Shown here piece after piece: positions 40,179 to 50,815 of a DNA stretch of 64,000 bases. Position 1 is the stretch's first letter. Every line of letters starts with the position of its first letter. A program made the translations under genes and the position numbers. Origin of the DNA: Pseudonocardiales bacterium (GTDB taxonomy: Bacteria; Actinomycetota; Actinomycetes; Mycobacteriales; Pseudonocardiaceae); the NCBI GenBank assembly GCA_019243635.1, contig JAFAUB010000049.1:2722-66721 (forward strand), given 5' to 3'. Under the pieces are notes generated by a model. It ran no database searches. It was not told the DNA's origin and worked only from the letters and a program-made list of their open reading frames with translations.

Positions 40179-43178
40179 ATGAGTCTGAACCGGTACCGGT
40201 TCATCCGGGTCGACGAGTTCTTCACGGGTTTTCACCGGTGGGAAACGCTGACCGCCGCCACGGGGCACACCTATGACCGGTCGAGTCGAACGCTGACCGT
40301 CACCTTCACGCGTCCCGACGGTTCGCCGTGTGCGTTGCTCCTCACCGTCCTGGAACGGGACACCTTCCGGGTGCGGTTCAACCCGGGCCTGCGCGCCGGC
40401 GTTGACTACAGCACCCAGAACAGCCGTTCCGTCGTCATGGACACCATGGGCGGGCTCACGGAGAGCCTGATCCGGGCGGAGCCCTTCGCGCTCGACGCCC
40501 GCGAGGGCGCCGGCGGCATCACGTTGGTCACCTCCGCTTCGGACGGTTCGTCGTTCATGAAGGTGGTGGTGACCTATCAGCCGTTCGGCATCGTCGTATA
40601 CGGCTCGTGCGCGGGGGAGGACTACAAGGTATGGGAGACGGCGACGCCGGCGATCTCGTTCACGGCCAACGGGGCCGAGGACTTCGCCGTCATCCAGAGT
40701 GTGCGGCGGCCGGCGACCGCGACCTATGTGGGCTTCGGGGAGCACGGTGGGAAGTCGCTGCGCAAAAACAGCGAGCAGCTCACGTACTTCAGCTTCGACA
40801 ACTACGCCTACGACCAGGTCTACGGGCGGGGTCCTTTCGAGGAGCGTGAGCCGCTCTACCATGCCGACCCGTTCTTCCTCGAGTTGAACGGGGTCCCGGA
40901 CCGTGACAGCGTCTATGGCGTCTACGTCGACAACCCGGCGCAGGTCTTCATGGATCTCGGTTACACCGACTCCACGCGGTACCTGCTGGGGACCCGGTTC
41001 GGTGACCTGGACTACTACGTGTACGTCGGCCATGAGACGGCCGACGTCGTCGGCCGGTTCTCCTCCATCGTCGGCCGGTCGCGCCTGAAGCCTCGCTATG
41101 CCCTCGGTTACCACCAGGGGTGCTACGGGTACGAGGACCGGGGGGCCCTCGAGTGGGCCGTCACCCGGTACCGGGCGCATGCGATCCCGCTCGACGGCCT
41201 GCACGTGGACGTCGATATCCAGCACGACTACCAGACGTTCACCATCAACGAGGACCGGTTCCCCGACCCCGCTGGCATGTTCGCCGCCCTCCGGGCGCTC
41301 GGCGTGAAGTGCGCCACGAACATCACGCCCATCATCAGTGACCGCGACCCCGGCTACCCGACCCACCGGGACGGTGTGGCGCGGGCGTTCTTCGTGACGG
41401 ACACGCGCGTCGAAGCCGGCGACCCTGCGGCCAAGGTGTACCAGCAGTACGGGGGAGGCGACGCCTACCAGACGTTCGACGAGCCGGGCAGCAGCTACGA
41501 CAGCGGCCGGCCCTACCTCGGTGAGGTGAACTACGGAGGAACTCTCGGCACCACGGGCAACTACCCGGACCTGGGCCGCAAGGAGGTCCGCCATTGGTGG
41601 GGCAGCCAGTACCAGCACCTGTTCGACATGGGCCTGGAGATGGTGTGGCAGGACATGACCACCCCGGCCATCCGGGACACCCGGGGGGACATGAAGGGTT
41701 TCCCGTTCCGCCTGCTCGTGACCGACGACCGGCTCTCCGACACCGCGCCGACGAGGACCCCGGCCATCCGCGCGTGGAACCTCTACTCCTACAACCTGCA
41801 CAAGGCCACCTACCACGGCCTCAACCGCCTCACCGGGCGGGACAACAAGCGGAACTTCATCGTCGGGCGGGGGAGCTTCACCGGGATGCACCGGTTCGCG
41901 GCGCTCTGGACCGGCGACAACACCTCGACGTGGGACTTCCTCCGCATCAACCTCTCCCAGGTGCTGGCGATCGGCCTCTGCGGGCAGCCGATGTCCGGGC
42001 AGGACATCGGCGGGTTCGCCCAGGGGGAGCCGAACCAGGGCTGGGTGGGCCCCGAGCTCCTGATGCGCTGGACGATGGCCGGGGCGTTCCTGCCCTGGTT
42101 CCGCAACCACTACGTGCGCAAGGGCCAGAAGCAGTTCCAGGAGCCCTTCCAGTACGTCGAGTGGTTCCAGACCTACGGCCGGCCGGTGCCGGACCCTCCG
42201 TTGTACGAGATGGTCGTCCCGGTCTGCCGCCACTACATCGGGCTGCGCTACCGCCTCCTCCAGCTGTTCTATGACGCCATGTTCGAGAACACCCGCACCG
42301 GGATGCCGATCTGCCGACCGCTGTGCGTGACCGACCCGGGGGACAAAGCCCTGTACTCCAGCAAGGCCGACTTCCTGGACGACGAGTTCTGCGTCGGGGC
42401 GGACCTCCTGGTCGCCCCCGTCCTCGACCCCCAGTCGGTGGGCGGTGGGAAGCGTGACGTCTACCTGCCCTCAGGCAGCGACTGGTACTGCTTCATGGAC
42501 GACCGGCTCCCGCTCGCGCGCCCCGTGCCCGGCGGCACGACGATCCGCGACTTCGACTCCTCGCTCGGTACGGCGGGCGACCACATCGCTTTCCTGGTGC
42601 CGCTGTACGTGCGCGCGGGTGCGGTCATCCCGACGATCGAGCTGGAGCAGTTCGTCGGAGAGCGCAACCACCACAACCTGCCGAACCCGATCACCCTCAC
42701 CGTGTACCCAGGACGGGTGGGCGCGTACTCCATGTACCTCGACGACGGCGTCAGCCGCTCCTCGGCCCCCAGGCGGCCGGTCGAGGAGGGCGGTGACGAG
42801 CAGGCCGGCGACGAGTACCGCAAGGTCCAGATCACGCACTCCTACCCGGCGGCGGGAAGGCGTGTCATCAGGGTGGAGCGGGTCACCGACGGGTACACCC
42901 CGCCGTGGGAGAAGGACTTCCGGGTCGCGGTCCTGCACGACCCGGCCGAACCCACGGGGTCCTCGGGACCGCTGGCGCGGCTGAGCATCGACGGCACGGA
43001 GGTCGACCCCCTCCCGGGTGCCACCGCCGCGCAGCGGGCGGCCGCGCTGGAGGCCTCCGAAGCGGCCGCCTGGTACTACGACGACATCCTGAACCGCAGC
43101 GTCGTCAAGCTCTTCGACGACCGGCCCTCGCGGCTGATCCAGCTGACCTACTCCGCCTCACGACAGGCCAGGGGCTAG
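40179..43178 (+). CDS. glycoside hydrolase family 31 protein (999 aa) with an atypical nucleophile motif
   Basis: The GH31 core has MVWQDMTTPA (nucleophile Asp region; WxDMNEP is usual) and ALWTGDNTSTWDFLR. Start at MSLNRY with a GAGGG SD. Confidence 0.8.
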   Translation: MSLNRYRFIRVDEFFTGFHRWETLTAATGHTYDRSSRTLTVTFTRPDGSPCALLLTVLERDTFRVRFNPGLRAGVDYSTQNSRSVVMDTMGGLTESLIRAEPFALDAREGAGGITLVTSASDGSSFMKVVVTYQPFGIVVYGSCAGEDYKVWETATPAISFTANGAEDFAVIQSVRRPATATYVGFGEHGGKSLRKNSEQLTYFSFDNYAYDQVYGRGPFEEREPLYHADPFFLELNGVPDRDSVYGVYVDNPAQVFMDLGYTDSTRYLLGTRFGDLDYYVYVGHETADVVGRFSSIVGRSRLKPRYALGYHQGCYGYEDRGALEWAVTRYRAHAIPLDGLHVDVDIQHDYQTFTINEDRFPDPAGMFAALRALGVKCATNITPIISDRDPGYPTHRDGVARAFFVTDTRVEAGDPAAKVYQQYGGGDAYQTFDEPGSSYDSGRPYLGEVNYGGTLGTTGNYPDLGRKEVRHWWGSQYQHLFDMGLEMVWQDMTTPAIRDTRGDMKGFPFRLLVTDDRLSDTAPTRTPAIRAWNLYSYNLHKATYHGLNRLTGRDNKRNFIVGRGSFTGMHRFAALWTGDNTSTWDFLRINLSQVLAIGLCGQPMSGQDIGGFAQGEPNQGWVGPELLMRWTMAGAFLPWFRNHYVRKGQKQFQEPFQYVEWFQTYGRPVPDPPLYEMVVPVCRHYIGLRYRLLQLFYDAMFENTRTGMPICRPLCVTDPGDKALYSSKADFLDDEFCVGADLLVAPVLDPQSVGGGKRDVYLPSGSDWYCFMDDRLPLARPVPGGTTIRDFDSSLGTAGDHIAFLVPLYVRAGAVIPTIELEQFVGERNHHNLPNPITLTVYPGRVGAYSMYLDDGVSRSSAPRRPVEEGGDEQAGDEYRKVQITHSYPAAGRRVIRVERVTDGYTPPWEKDFRVAVLHDPAEPTGSSGPLARLSIDGTEVDPLPGATAAQRAAALEASEAAAWYYDDILNRSVVKLFDDRPSRLIQLTYSASRQARG

Positions 43179-43916
43179 CAGCTCTGCGGGACTCCCCTGG
43201 CCTCGGGTCTCGGCGTGCGAACGGAGCTGGGCTGCCCAGTCGACGTGCGCGGGCCAGAGCATCCGGATCTGCGTGGGGTAGCAGGCGATGGCGCGCCACT
43301 TGCGTTCCCACGCGTCGGACCGGGCGGCTGGTGTCTCGGACAGCGCCGGCGGGGGCGGCCGGCCGATGGCGTAAGGGAGGTCCTCCCAGAGCAGGACCGG
43401 CGCCCTGGCACCCGCGGCGGCGTCCAGGACGGCCGCTCTGGTCAGCCGGTGGTCGACGTGGTCACCCACCGCGGCGCAGGTCAGCACCAGGTCCGGGTCG
43501 ATCGCGGCGAGGATGCGGCGGACGTCGCGGCAGACCTCACCCCGGAGGTCACCCTGGTCGAGGGGCAGCTCGTCGAACATGGCCTGGTCGTGGCCGCACA
43601 GCCAACGGCCCTCGGGTGTGCGCCGGTAGATGGCATCGAGGAAGCCGCGGTGGTGGGTGCGGGCGCCGAGCTGGTCCATCGCGGCCCGGTCCTCCGCGCT
43701 GCGCAGCGCGACAGCTGATGCGTCCTGGGGAAGACCGCCCCTCACGTGGAAAGCGCGGGCAACCGGGGAGATCGGCTCGTGCGGAGCCCCCGCGAACAGG
43801 GTGACGACGTGGACGTCGGCACCGCGGATGGCGAAGTCGGCCAGTGTCGCGCCCGCCGAGAGCGCGGCGTCGTCGAGATGGGGTGAGACCGCCAGCACGC
43901 GGCGTACGGTGGTCAC
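43158..43916 (-). CDS. PIG-L/LmbE-family N-acetylglucosaminyl deacetylase
   Basis: VLAVSPHLDDAAL (PHxDD), HVDHR, and a 252-aa size. Confidence 0.8.
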   Translation of the reverse strand: MTTVRRVLAVSPHLDDAALSAGATLADFAIRGADVHVVTLFAGAPHEPISPVARAFHVRGGLPQDASAVALRSAEDRAAMDQLGARTHHRGFLDAIYRRTPEGRWLCGHDQAMFDELPLDQGDLRGEVCRDVRRILAAIDPDLVLTCAAVGDHVDHRLTRAAVLDAAAGARAPVLLWEDLPYAIGRPPPPALSETPAARSDAWERKWRAIACYPTQIRMLWPAHVDWAAQLRSHAETRGQGSPAELLAPGLS

Positions 43917-44065
43917 CGGAGACGCCAGACCGCATGGGCGAACAGGTCAGGATCCCCGGGGGGCACGAGTTCACCGCAGCGACCCTGATCGAGCAGTTCC
44001 CCGCGGACCGGCCACGGCAGGTGGTGCGTCACGAACACCACAGTCGGGCGCGCGAAGGACCCCAT
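43913..44065 (-). pseudogene. C-terminal remnant of a GT-B (GT4-like) glycosyltransferase
   Basis: 50-aa ORF ...PTVVFVTHHLPWPVRGELLDQGRCGELVPPGDPDLFAHAVWRL resembles the GT4 C-terminus (G.PE.V.DG.TG.LVPPGDP..LA.AI..L). Its stop overlaps the PIG-L GTG. The N-terminal ~300 aa are absent. Confidence 0.4.
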
Positions 44066-44338
44066 GACACGACGTTAGCGTCCCGAAGGCCCGCCAGGCG
44101 GTGCGGAGGGACGGACAGGGCGGTGCCGCTGCGGTTCGTGGAGTCGCGCACCAGCACGGTGTCCGGCTGCTGACAGCGAGCGCGAGTCCGACGCAGTCCG
44201 CGCTGCCGGAAGAACCCGACCTTGGCTGAGATTATGAACTCCGGCAAGAGGTCGCCTCCGATGCGCGAATGTCCAGTGTGAGATGAAACCGAGATAGTTG
44301 TAACCGGGCCACGGTGGGCGGCCACCCAACTTTGACCC

Positions 44339-44419
44339 CGAGGCAAGGACCGCAACGTCGTCGAGCGCTATATCAACAAGCTCAAACAGTTCCGCGTGGT
44401 GCCCACTTGCTACGACAAA
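44339..44419 (+). pseudogene. IS5-family (IS427/IS1182-like) transposase C-terminal fragment
   Basis: RGKDRNVVERYINKLKQFRVVPTCYDK matches the conserved RN.VER.FN.LKQ.R..ATRYDK tail. There is no upstream transposase body. Confidence 0.6.
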
Positions 44420-44669
44420 CCAGGGACACCGCCCGGACGGCTTCGCACATGGCCCAGCTCGGTCGGTTCAGCCCACCGTCGTCGGTGATCGCGATGTGGC
44501 GGGGGAACCCGCGCTCACGGGTCGTCAACGTGACGACGATGGCCTGCCGGATCGGTAGGGCGTTGAACCGGTCGATGGACACCACCACGCACGGACGGGT
44601 GCCACGCTGTTCGTTGGCCGTCGTCGGGTCCAGTTCCACTGACCAGATCTGTCCCCGCGCGACACTCAC
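44382..44669 (-). pseudogene. mazF: MazF/PemK-family toxin, 3'-truncated at the IS5 fragment
   Basis: VSVARGQIWSVELDPTTANEQRGTRPCVVVSIDRFN...IVVTLTT...AMCEAVRAVS is MazF-like. The final ~13 codons are antisense to the transposase fragment and the usual C-terminal helix is missing. Confidence 0.6.
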
Positions 44670-45010
44670 TGATCGTACTCCGGCCACTCCTGCGCGGCGG
44701 CGGTGTCGGGGGTAGCGGTGCTGAGCTGCCACTCGTGCAGCTCGCCCGGATACTCAGCCCACCCATCCGGATCCTCATGCCGCATCCGCTGGTAGGCGGC
44801 CTCGATATCGGACCAGCGCTGGCAGCCGACCTCGACGCGGGCATCGGCACCGGAGCTATAGCTGCTCCTGTGTCAGAGAATGCTGTTCGGCGCGACCTGG
44901 TGTTCGTCATCCACGGGCTGCTGTCGAGCACGAGCTGACGCCGCAGGGCCTGCCGGACCTGCTCGTCACCCCGAGCGCGCCACGCTGAGTGACCAGCAGG
45001 TTTCGGGCTG
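44666..45010 (-). pseudogene. RHH/MazE-like antitoxin remnant split over two frames
   Basis: The C-terminal part WSDIEAAYQRMRHEDPDGWAEYPGELHEWQ...EWPEYDQ* ends in GTGA coupling with the mazF start. An RHH-like piece GDEQVRQALRRQLVLD lies upstream in another frame, with a stop between them. Confidence 0.35.
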
Positions 45011-45103
45011 TTGCCAGAGAACTGTAACGGTGGCTCCGGAGCGGCGATGATACTACCGTCTTGATCTGACAGCGACGAACGTGACACAGGAGGTTCTCCC
45101 GCA

Positions 45104-47080
45104 ATGGGTGACTCGAGCCAGCGACTCGACAACCTGCTCACCGAGAGCCGGGTGTTCCCCCCGAGCGAGGCCTTCGCCGCGCGGGCGAACGCCACCGCCG
45201 CCCTCTACGATCACGCCGCCGCCGACCGGGAGGCCTTCTGGGCGCGGCAGGCGCACCGGCTGCACTGGCATACTGACTTCGACCAGGTCCTCGACTGGTC
45301 CAACCCACCGTTCGCCAGATGGTTCGTCGGCGGCAGGCTCAACGTCGCCTACAACTGCGTGGACCGGCACGTCCAGGACGGCCACGGCGACCAGGTCGCC
45401 TTCCATTGGGAGGGCGAGCCGGGGGACACGCGGACCATCACCTACGCCGACCTGCAGCGGGAGGTCGCCAAGACGGCCAACGCGTTGCTCTCGCTGGGCC
45501 TCGAGACCGGGGACCGGGTGGCCATCCAGCTGCCGATGATCCCCGAGGCGGTCTTCGCCATGCTCGCCTGCGCCCGGCTGGGCATGCCGCACAGCGTGGT
45601 CTTCGGTGGCTTCTCCGCCGAGTCGCTGCGCCAGCGGATCAACGATGCTCAGGCCAAGCTGGTGATCACCGCCGATGGCCAGTACCGGCGGGGCGACGCG
45701 GCCCCGTTGAAGGCCAACACCGACGAGGCGCTGCGGGACACTCCGACGGTGCGGCACGTCCTGGTGGTCCGGCGCACCGACGTCGACGTCGACTGGACCG
45801 AGGGCCGCGACCTGTGGTGGCACGAGCTGGTGGGTCACCAGTCCGACCAGCACGCCTGCGAGGCGTTCGACAGCGAGCACCCGCTGTTCATCCTCTACAC
45901 CTCGGGCACCACCGGAAAGCCCAAGGGCATCCTGCACACCTCCGGCGGCTACCTCACCCAGTGCGCCTACACCCACCACGTCGTCTTCGACCACAAGGCC
46001 GGTGAGGACGTCTACTGGTGCACCGCCGATATCGGCTGGGTCACCGGGCACAGCTACATCGTCTACGGGCCGCTGGCCAACCGGGCGACGTCGATCATGT
46101 ACGAGGGCACTCCGAACACCCCGCACGAGGGCCGGCACTGGGAGATCGTGCAGCGCTACGGCGTCACGACCTACTACACCGCGCCGACGCTGATCCGCAC
46201 TTTCATGAAGTGGGGCAAGGAGGTCCCGGCGAAGCACGACCTGTCCTCGCTGCGGTTGCTGGGCAGCGTCGGGGAGCCGATCAACCCCGAGGCCTGGATG
46301 TGGTACCGGGACCACATCGGCGAGCAGCGGTGTCCGATCGTGGACACCTGGTGGCAGACCGAGACCGGCGCGATCATGATCTCGCCGCTGCCCGGCGTCA
46401 CCGCGACCAAACCCGGCTCGGCGATGCGCCCGCTGCCGGGCATCAGCGCCGCCGTGGTCGACTCCTCCGGCGCTCCGGTCGGCCACGGCCAGGGCGGCTA
46501 CCTGGTGCTGGATGCGCCCTGGCCCGGGATGTTGCGCACCATCTGGGGTGATGACGAGCGGTACCGGGAGACCTACTGGTCCCGCTTCGGCGAGCGCGGC
46601 TACTACTTCGCCGGGGACGGCGCCAAGTACGACGACGACGGCGCGATCTGGCTGCTGGGCCGGGTGGACGACGTGATGAACATCTCCGGGCACCGGATCT
46701 CCACCACCGAGGTGGAGTCCGCGCTGGTGTCGCATCCGACGGTGGCCGAGGCCGCCGTGGTCGGTGCCCCCGACCCGATCACCGGGCAGGGCATCGTCGC
46801 GTTCGTGATCCTGCGCGGCCACGTCGCGCAGAACGAGGCACGGGGCGAAGCGGCGATCAAGGAGCTGCGCAACCATGTGGCCACCCAGATCGGCGCGATC
46901 GCCAAGCCGAGGCAGATCATGGTCGTCGCGGACCTGCCGAAAACCCGATCCGGCAAGATCATGCGCCGCCTCCTGCGCGACGTCGCCGAGCACCGCGAGA
47001 TAGGCGACGTCACAACCCTCGCCGACTCCTCAGTCATGGACCTCATCTCCGCCGGCATGCGCTCCGGAGCGGGGGAGTAG
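45104..47080 (+). CDS. acs: acetyl-CoA synthetase
   Basis: 658 aa. YTSGTTGKPKG, WWQTETG, YFAGDGAKYDDDGAIWLLGRVDDVMNISGHRI, PKTRSGKIMRR. AGGAGG SD. Confidence 0.95.
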   Translation: MGDSSQRLDNLLTESRVFPPSEAFAARANATAALYDHAAADREAFWARQAHRLHWHTDFDQVLDWSNPPFARWFVGGRLNVAYNCVDRHVQDGHGDQVAFHWEGEPGDTRTITYADLQREVAKTANALLSLGLETGDRVAIQLPMIPEAVFAMLACARLGMPHSVVFGGFSAESLRQRINDAQAKLVITADGQYRRGDAAPLKANTDEALRDTPTVRHVLVVRRTDVDVDWTEGRDLWWHELVGHQSDQHACEAFDSEHPLFILYTSGTTGKPKGILHTSGGYLTQCAYTHHVVFDHKAGEDVYWCTADIGWVTGHSYIVYGPLANRATSIMYEGTPNTPHEGRHWEIVQRYGVTTYYTAPTLIRTFMKWGKEVPAKHDLSSLRLLGSVGEPINPEAWMWYRDHIGEQRCPIVDTWWQTETGAIMISPLPGVTATKPGSAMRPLPGISAAVVDSSGAPVGHGQGGYLVLDAPWPGMLRTIWGDDERYRETYWSRFGERGYYFAGDGAKYDDDGAIWLLGRVDDVMNISGHRISTTEVESALVSHPTVAEAAVVGAPDPITGQGIVAFVILRGHVAQNEARGEAAIKELRNHVATQIGAIAKPRQIMVVADLPKTRSGKIMRRLLRDVAEHREIGDVTTLADSSVMDLISAGMRSGAGE

Positions 47081-47149
47081 CCCGCGATCGCCATTCGGCG
47101 CCGAGTCGCGGTCCAGACACCCACCGGTTGTTGCGGGCATGCTGGGTAG

Positions 47150-47554
<405 letters not shown>

Positions 47555-47584
47555 CCAACCGGGCGAGGCGGTGATGATGACCGC

Positions 47585-48769
47585 TCAGGAGGCGCAGGCG
47601 CCGGTGGAGACCTCGGTGTCTCGGCTCGCTGCCGCGGCGACGTCACCGGCGATCTCGTCATCGGCGAGCACGAACCCGGTCTCGTCGTTGTCCACCGCCG
47701 CCCCGAACACCAAGCCGAGCACCTGGCCGGACCCGTCGAGCAGCGGGCCACCGGAGTTCCCGCTGCGTACCACGGCGCGGACGGTGTAGACGTTGCGGAG
47801 CACGGTTGCCGAATTGTAGATGTCGGGGCCGCGCAGGTGGATGCGGTCCCGAACCCGGGCGGCCGAGGCCGTGTACGGCCCGTCCAGCGGGTAGCCGAGC
47901 ACCAGCCCGCTCAACCCGGAGGTGGCTGGCATCGAGGCCAGGTGCAGCACCGGCGCTCTCAGCCCGGGTACCTTCAGGATCGCGACGTCGGTCTCCGGGT
48001 CGTAGGTGACCACTTGAGCGTCCATCGTGCCGTCCGTGGTCTCCACCTGGACCTCGTCCGTGCCGGCGACCACGTGCGCATTCGTGATCACTCGCTGCGG
48101 CGCCACCACGAAGCCGGTGCCCTCCAAGGCCCGGGAGCAGGACCTCGCCCGGCCGCGGACCTTGAGCACGCTGGCCCGGGACTGCCGCACCACCGGGCTG
48201 TTGAGCAGCTCCGGGTCGGCCGGCCCGACATCAGTGATCGGGGTAGGCGAGAAGGGCGCGAGCACGTCGGGGAACCCGGAGACATCGAGCAGTCTGGTCA
48301 GCTCTGCGGGCAGTTCGCGCAGCACGTCGGGCATCATCGTGTTCACGATCCGCAGCACCGAGGAGTCCCGCACCGCCCCGGTCAGCCCACTGTAGGCGGA
48401 CGATTTCGTCAGCGGCAGGGCGATCAGCCAGGCCACCACCAGAGCCGCGATGCCCTGCACCACCGCACCCAGGAAACTGTCCACCCGGCGCAGCGCCTCG
48501 GCGTCGAGCCGGCGCTGCACCGCTCGGCCCAGCAACACACCCAGCGTCTCACCCAGCGCGATGAGCACGATCACGATCGACACCCCGAGCGCGACCCGGA
48601 CCTCGGGGCTCTGGTAGCCGGCGATCAGCGGCGGCGCGATGCGCACTCCGATCACTGCCCCAGCCAGCACACCGATGAAGGACGCCGCCGCGGTGACCAT
48701 CCCCTGCCGCGCACCGGAGGTGGCGGCGAGCAGGGCCAGTACCAGCACCAGCACGTCCACCCAGTTCAC
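47585..48769 (-). CDS. marP: membrane-anchored trypsin-like serine protease (MarP/Rv3671c-like)
   Basis: Four N-terminal TM helices (CvpA-like) plus a chymotrypsin-fold domain with TNAHVV (His), DVAIL (Asp) and GNSGGPLL (Ser). Confidence 0.85.
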   Translation of the reverse strand: MNWVDVLVLVLALLAATSGARQGMVTAAASFIGVLAGAVIGVRIAPPLIAGYQSPEVRVALGVSIVIVLIALGETLGVLLGRAVQRRLDAEALRRVDSFLGAVVQGIAALVVAWLIALPLTKSSAYSGLTGAVRDSSVLRIVNTMMPDVLRELPAELTRLLDVSGFPDVLAPFSPTPITDVGPADPELLNSPVVRQSRASVLKVRGRARSCSRALEGTGFVVAPQRVITNAHVVAGTDEVQVETTDGTMDAQVVTYDPETDVAILKVPGLRAPVLHLASMPATSGLSGLVLGYPLDGPYTASAARVRDRIHLRGPDIYNSATVLRNVYTVRAVVRSGNSGGPLLDGSGQVLGLVFGAAVDNDETGFVLADDEIAGDVAAAASRDTEVSTGACAS

Positions 48770-48809
48770 CGGATCACCTCAGTCCGCTCGGCCGGCTCAG
48801 TCATCCGGC

Positions 48810-49520
48810 TCATTCGACCGCTCCGGGGCTGAGGTAACGCGCAATGACCGCACGCACCTGCTCCGGGCTGCGCAGCACCTCGGGCGGGTTGACCTGGCTG
48901 ACCCGGCCATCGGCGGACACCACATAGCTCAACGGCAGCACCGGCGGGGCGCTCAGCGCGGCGCGCAGCCTGCCATCGGGATCGCTGACCGACGGGTAGT
49001 GCACGTTGAGCGCGGCGAGCAGATCGAGCGCCTGTTCGGGCAGCTGCTGCACCTCGACGCCGAGCACCGGCACCGCACCGGGCTCAGCGGCGTAGGCCGC
49101 CAGCGCGGGAAGCTCCTGGGCGCACGGTTGGCACAGCGGTCCCCACAGGTTGAGCAACGCCGGCCGGCCGGCCAGCGCCGCCCCCACGTCGACCGTGCCC
49201 GGCCGGCCAAGGCAGGGCAGCACGAGCCCGGATAGCGGCCCGCGAGCCGGGGTGCGGACCGAGTGTGCGGCCGGGCAGGGCTGCAGAGCCGTCCGGGACC
49301 TCAGCTGGTCGATACCGGCCGGTGGGCCGACGGCGGGCTGCGCTGCCCGGCCGGGCCGAGTCGCGCCCGTCGCCGGGCCCGCCGGTGCTGGGCCCGTCAC
49401 CGCTGGGGCCGCCGACGCCGGTGCCGCGACCGTTGCTGGGCTCGCCCTCGGCCACAGCGCCACGACGAGCGCCAACGCCAGTAACGCCGTCACCAGCACC
49501 CAGCGCAGCGCAGGCCTCAC
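48810..49520 (-). CDS. TlpA/ResA-like membrane-anchored thioredoxin-fold protein (Rv3673c-like)
   Basis: N-terminal [19 protein letters not shown] and a WGPLCQPC (CxxC) motif. Its GTG start overlaps the nth stop (GTGA). Confidence 0.75.
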   Translation of the reverse strand: MRPALRWVLVTALLALALVVALWPRASPATVAAPASAAPAVTGPAPAGPATGATRPGRAAQPAVGPPAGIDQLRSRTALQPCPAAHSVRTPARGPLSGLVLPCLGRPGTVDVGAALAGRPALLNLWGPLCQPCAQELPALAAYAAEPGAVPVLGVEVQQLPEQALDLLAALNVHYPSVSDPDGRLRAALSAPPVLPLSYVVSADGRVSQVNPPEVLRSPEQVRAVIARYLSPGAVE

Positions 49521-50329
49521 GGGACCGTCCCTGCGGCTGCGGCACCGGCTTCCACCTCGGGGCCGCCCGCCAAGTCGGTAGGCAGCCCGGCCATCGCCAG
49601 CAGGTGCGGCGCCTCCGGCCCGCGCAGCAACGCGGCGGCGACCCCCGCCTCGGTGGGCCCGAGGCCATAGGACGGGCAGTCCCCGGCCAGCGGGCACACC
49701 CCGCAGGCCGGCCGGCGGGAGTGGCACACCCGGCGCCCGTGGAAGATCACCCGGTGGGACAGCATCGTCCAGTCCCGTCGCGGTACGAGCTTGGCGATCG
49801 ACTGCTCGACTTTCACCGGGTCCTCGTGCTCGGTCCATCCCCATCGGCGCACCAGCCGCCCGACGTGGGTGTCCACCGTGATGCCGGGTACGCCGAAGGC
49901 GTTGCCGAGGATCACGTTGGCGCTCTTGCGCCCGATTCCCGGGAGGGTCACCAGGTCAGCCAGCGTGTGGGGCACCTCGCCGCCGAAGCGCTCGACCAGC
50001 GCGGCGCCGAGTCCGATCAGCGCCGCCGCCTTGTTCCGGTAGAACCCCGTGGGCCGGATCAGCTCCTCCAGCTCGTTCCGGTCGGCGGCCGCGTAATGGG
50101 CGGCGCTGCTATACCGGTTGAATAACTCTGGTGTGGTCTCGTTGACCCGCTTGTCGGTGCATTGCGCCGACAGGATGGTGGCGACGGCGAGCTGTAGCGG
50201 CGTGGAGAAGTCGAGCTCGCAGTGCGCGTCCGGGTAGGCGGTGGCCAGTACCCGGTCCATCCGGCGGGCTCGCCGAACCAGCGCGAGGGGGCTCTCCGCA
50301 GCAAAGGACCGGCGGGATCGAGCTGGCAC
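49517..50329 (-). CDS. nth: endonuclease III
   Basis: Hh[25 protein letters not shown] and the [4Fe-4S] cluster loop [17 protein letters not shown]. Confidence 0.9.
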   Translation of the reverse strand: MPARSRRSFAAESPLALVRRARRMDRVLATAYPDAHCELDFSTPLQLAVATILSAQCTDKRVNETTPELFNRYSSAAHYAAADRNELEELIRPTGFYRNKAAALIGLGAALVERFGGEVPHTLADLVTLPGIGRKSANVILGNAFGVPGITVDTHVGRLVRRWGWTEHEDPVKVEQSIAKLVPRRDWTMLSHRVIFHGRRVCHSRRPACGVCPLAGDCPSYGLGPTEAGVAAALLRGPEAPHLLAMAGLPTDLAGGPEVEAGAAAAGTVP

Positions 50330-50458
50330 GCCTTCAGCCTACGGAGGTGGCGCCCAGCCCGGTCGCATGGGCCGGTCGCACGCCCCGCCGTGCGACACGC
50401 CCGACACGCGCCCCCGCGCGCGCAACCGGTCGGTTGATGCGGCATCATCCCTCGCACC

Positions 50459-50815
50459 ATGACCATCTGGTTCGTCGTCACCGTCCCGGTGTTGATCATG
50501 TTCTTCGCGCTCGCGATGGAGCGGCTGGAGAACCGCCTGCGCCACCTCACGGTGCACGAGGAGGAGGTCGAGGAATTTCTGCGGGCAGCCCGCCCTGAGG
50601 AGGTACGGGTGCTGTTCGGCAGCGGGATCGGCGGTGCGCTGGAACTGTTCCGGCGGCGTCGGCTGCCCGACGTCGGTCCACCCAACGGTGTCCGCCCATC
50701 CGGTGACACTCGTCCACCCGGTGACACCCGTCCACCCAACGGCGCCCGTCCAGACGACACTGGCCCACACGACGGTGGACTGGTCACCTCACGCCACGCC
50801 AGGCAACGGCCCTAG
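50459..50815 (+). CDS. small membrane protein (Rv3675-like position), Pro/Gly-rich tail
   Basis: N-terminal TM MTIWFVVTVPVLIMFFALAM. Position between nth and crp is conserved. The tail holds an 18-bp x3 tandem duplication (50696-50749). Confidence 0.4.
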   Translation: MTIWFVVTVPVLIMFFALAMERLENRLRHLTVHEEEVEEFLRAARPEEVRVLFGSGIGGALELFRRRRLPDVGPPNGVRPSGDTRPPGDTRPPNGARPDDTGPHDGGLVTSRHARQRP

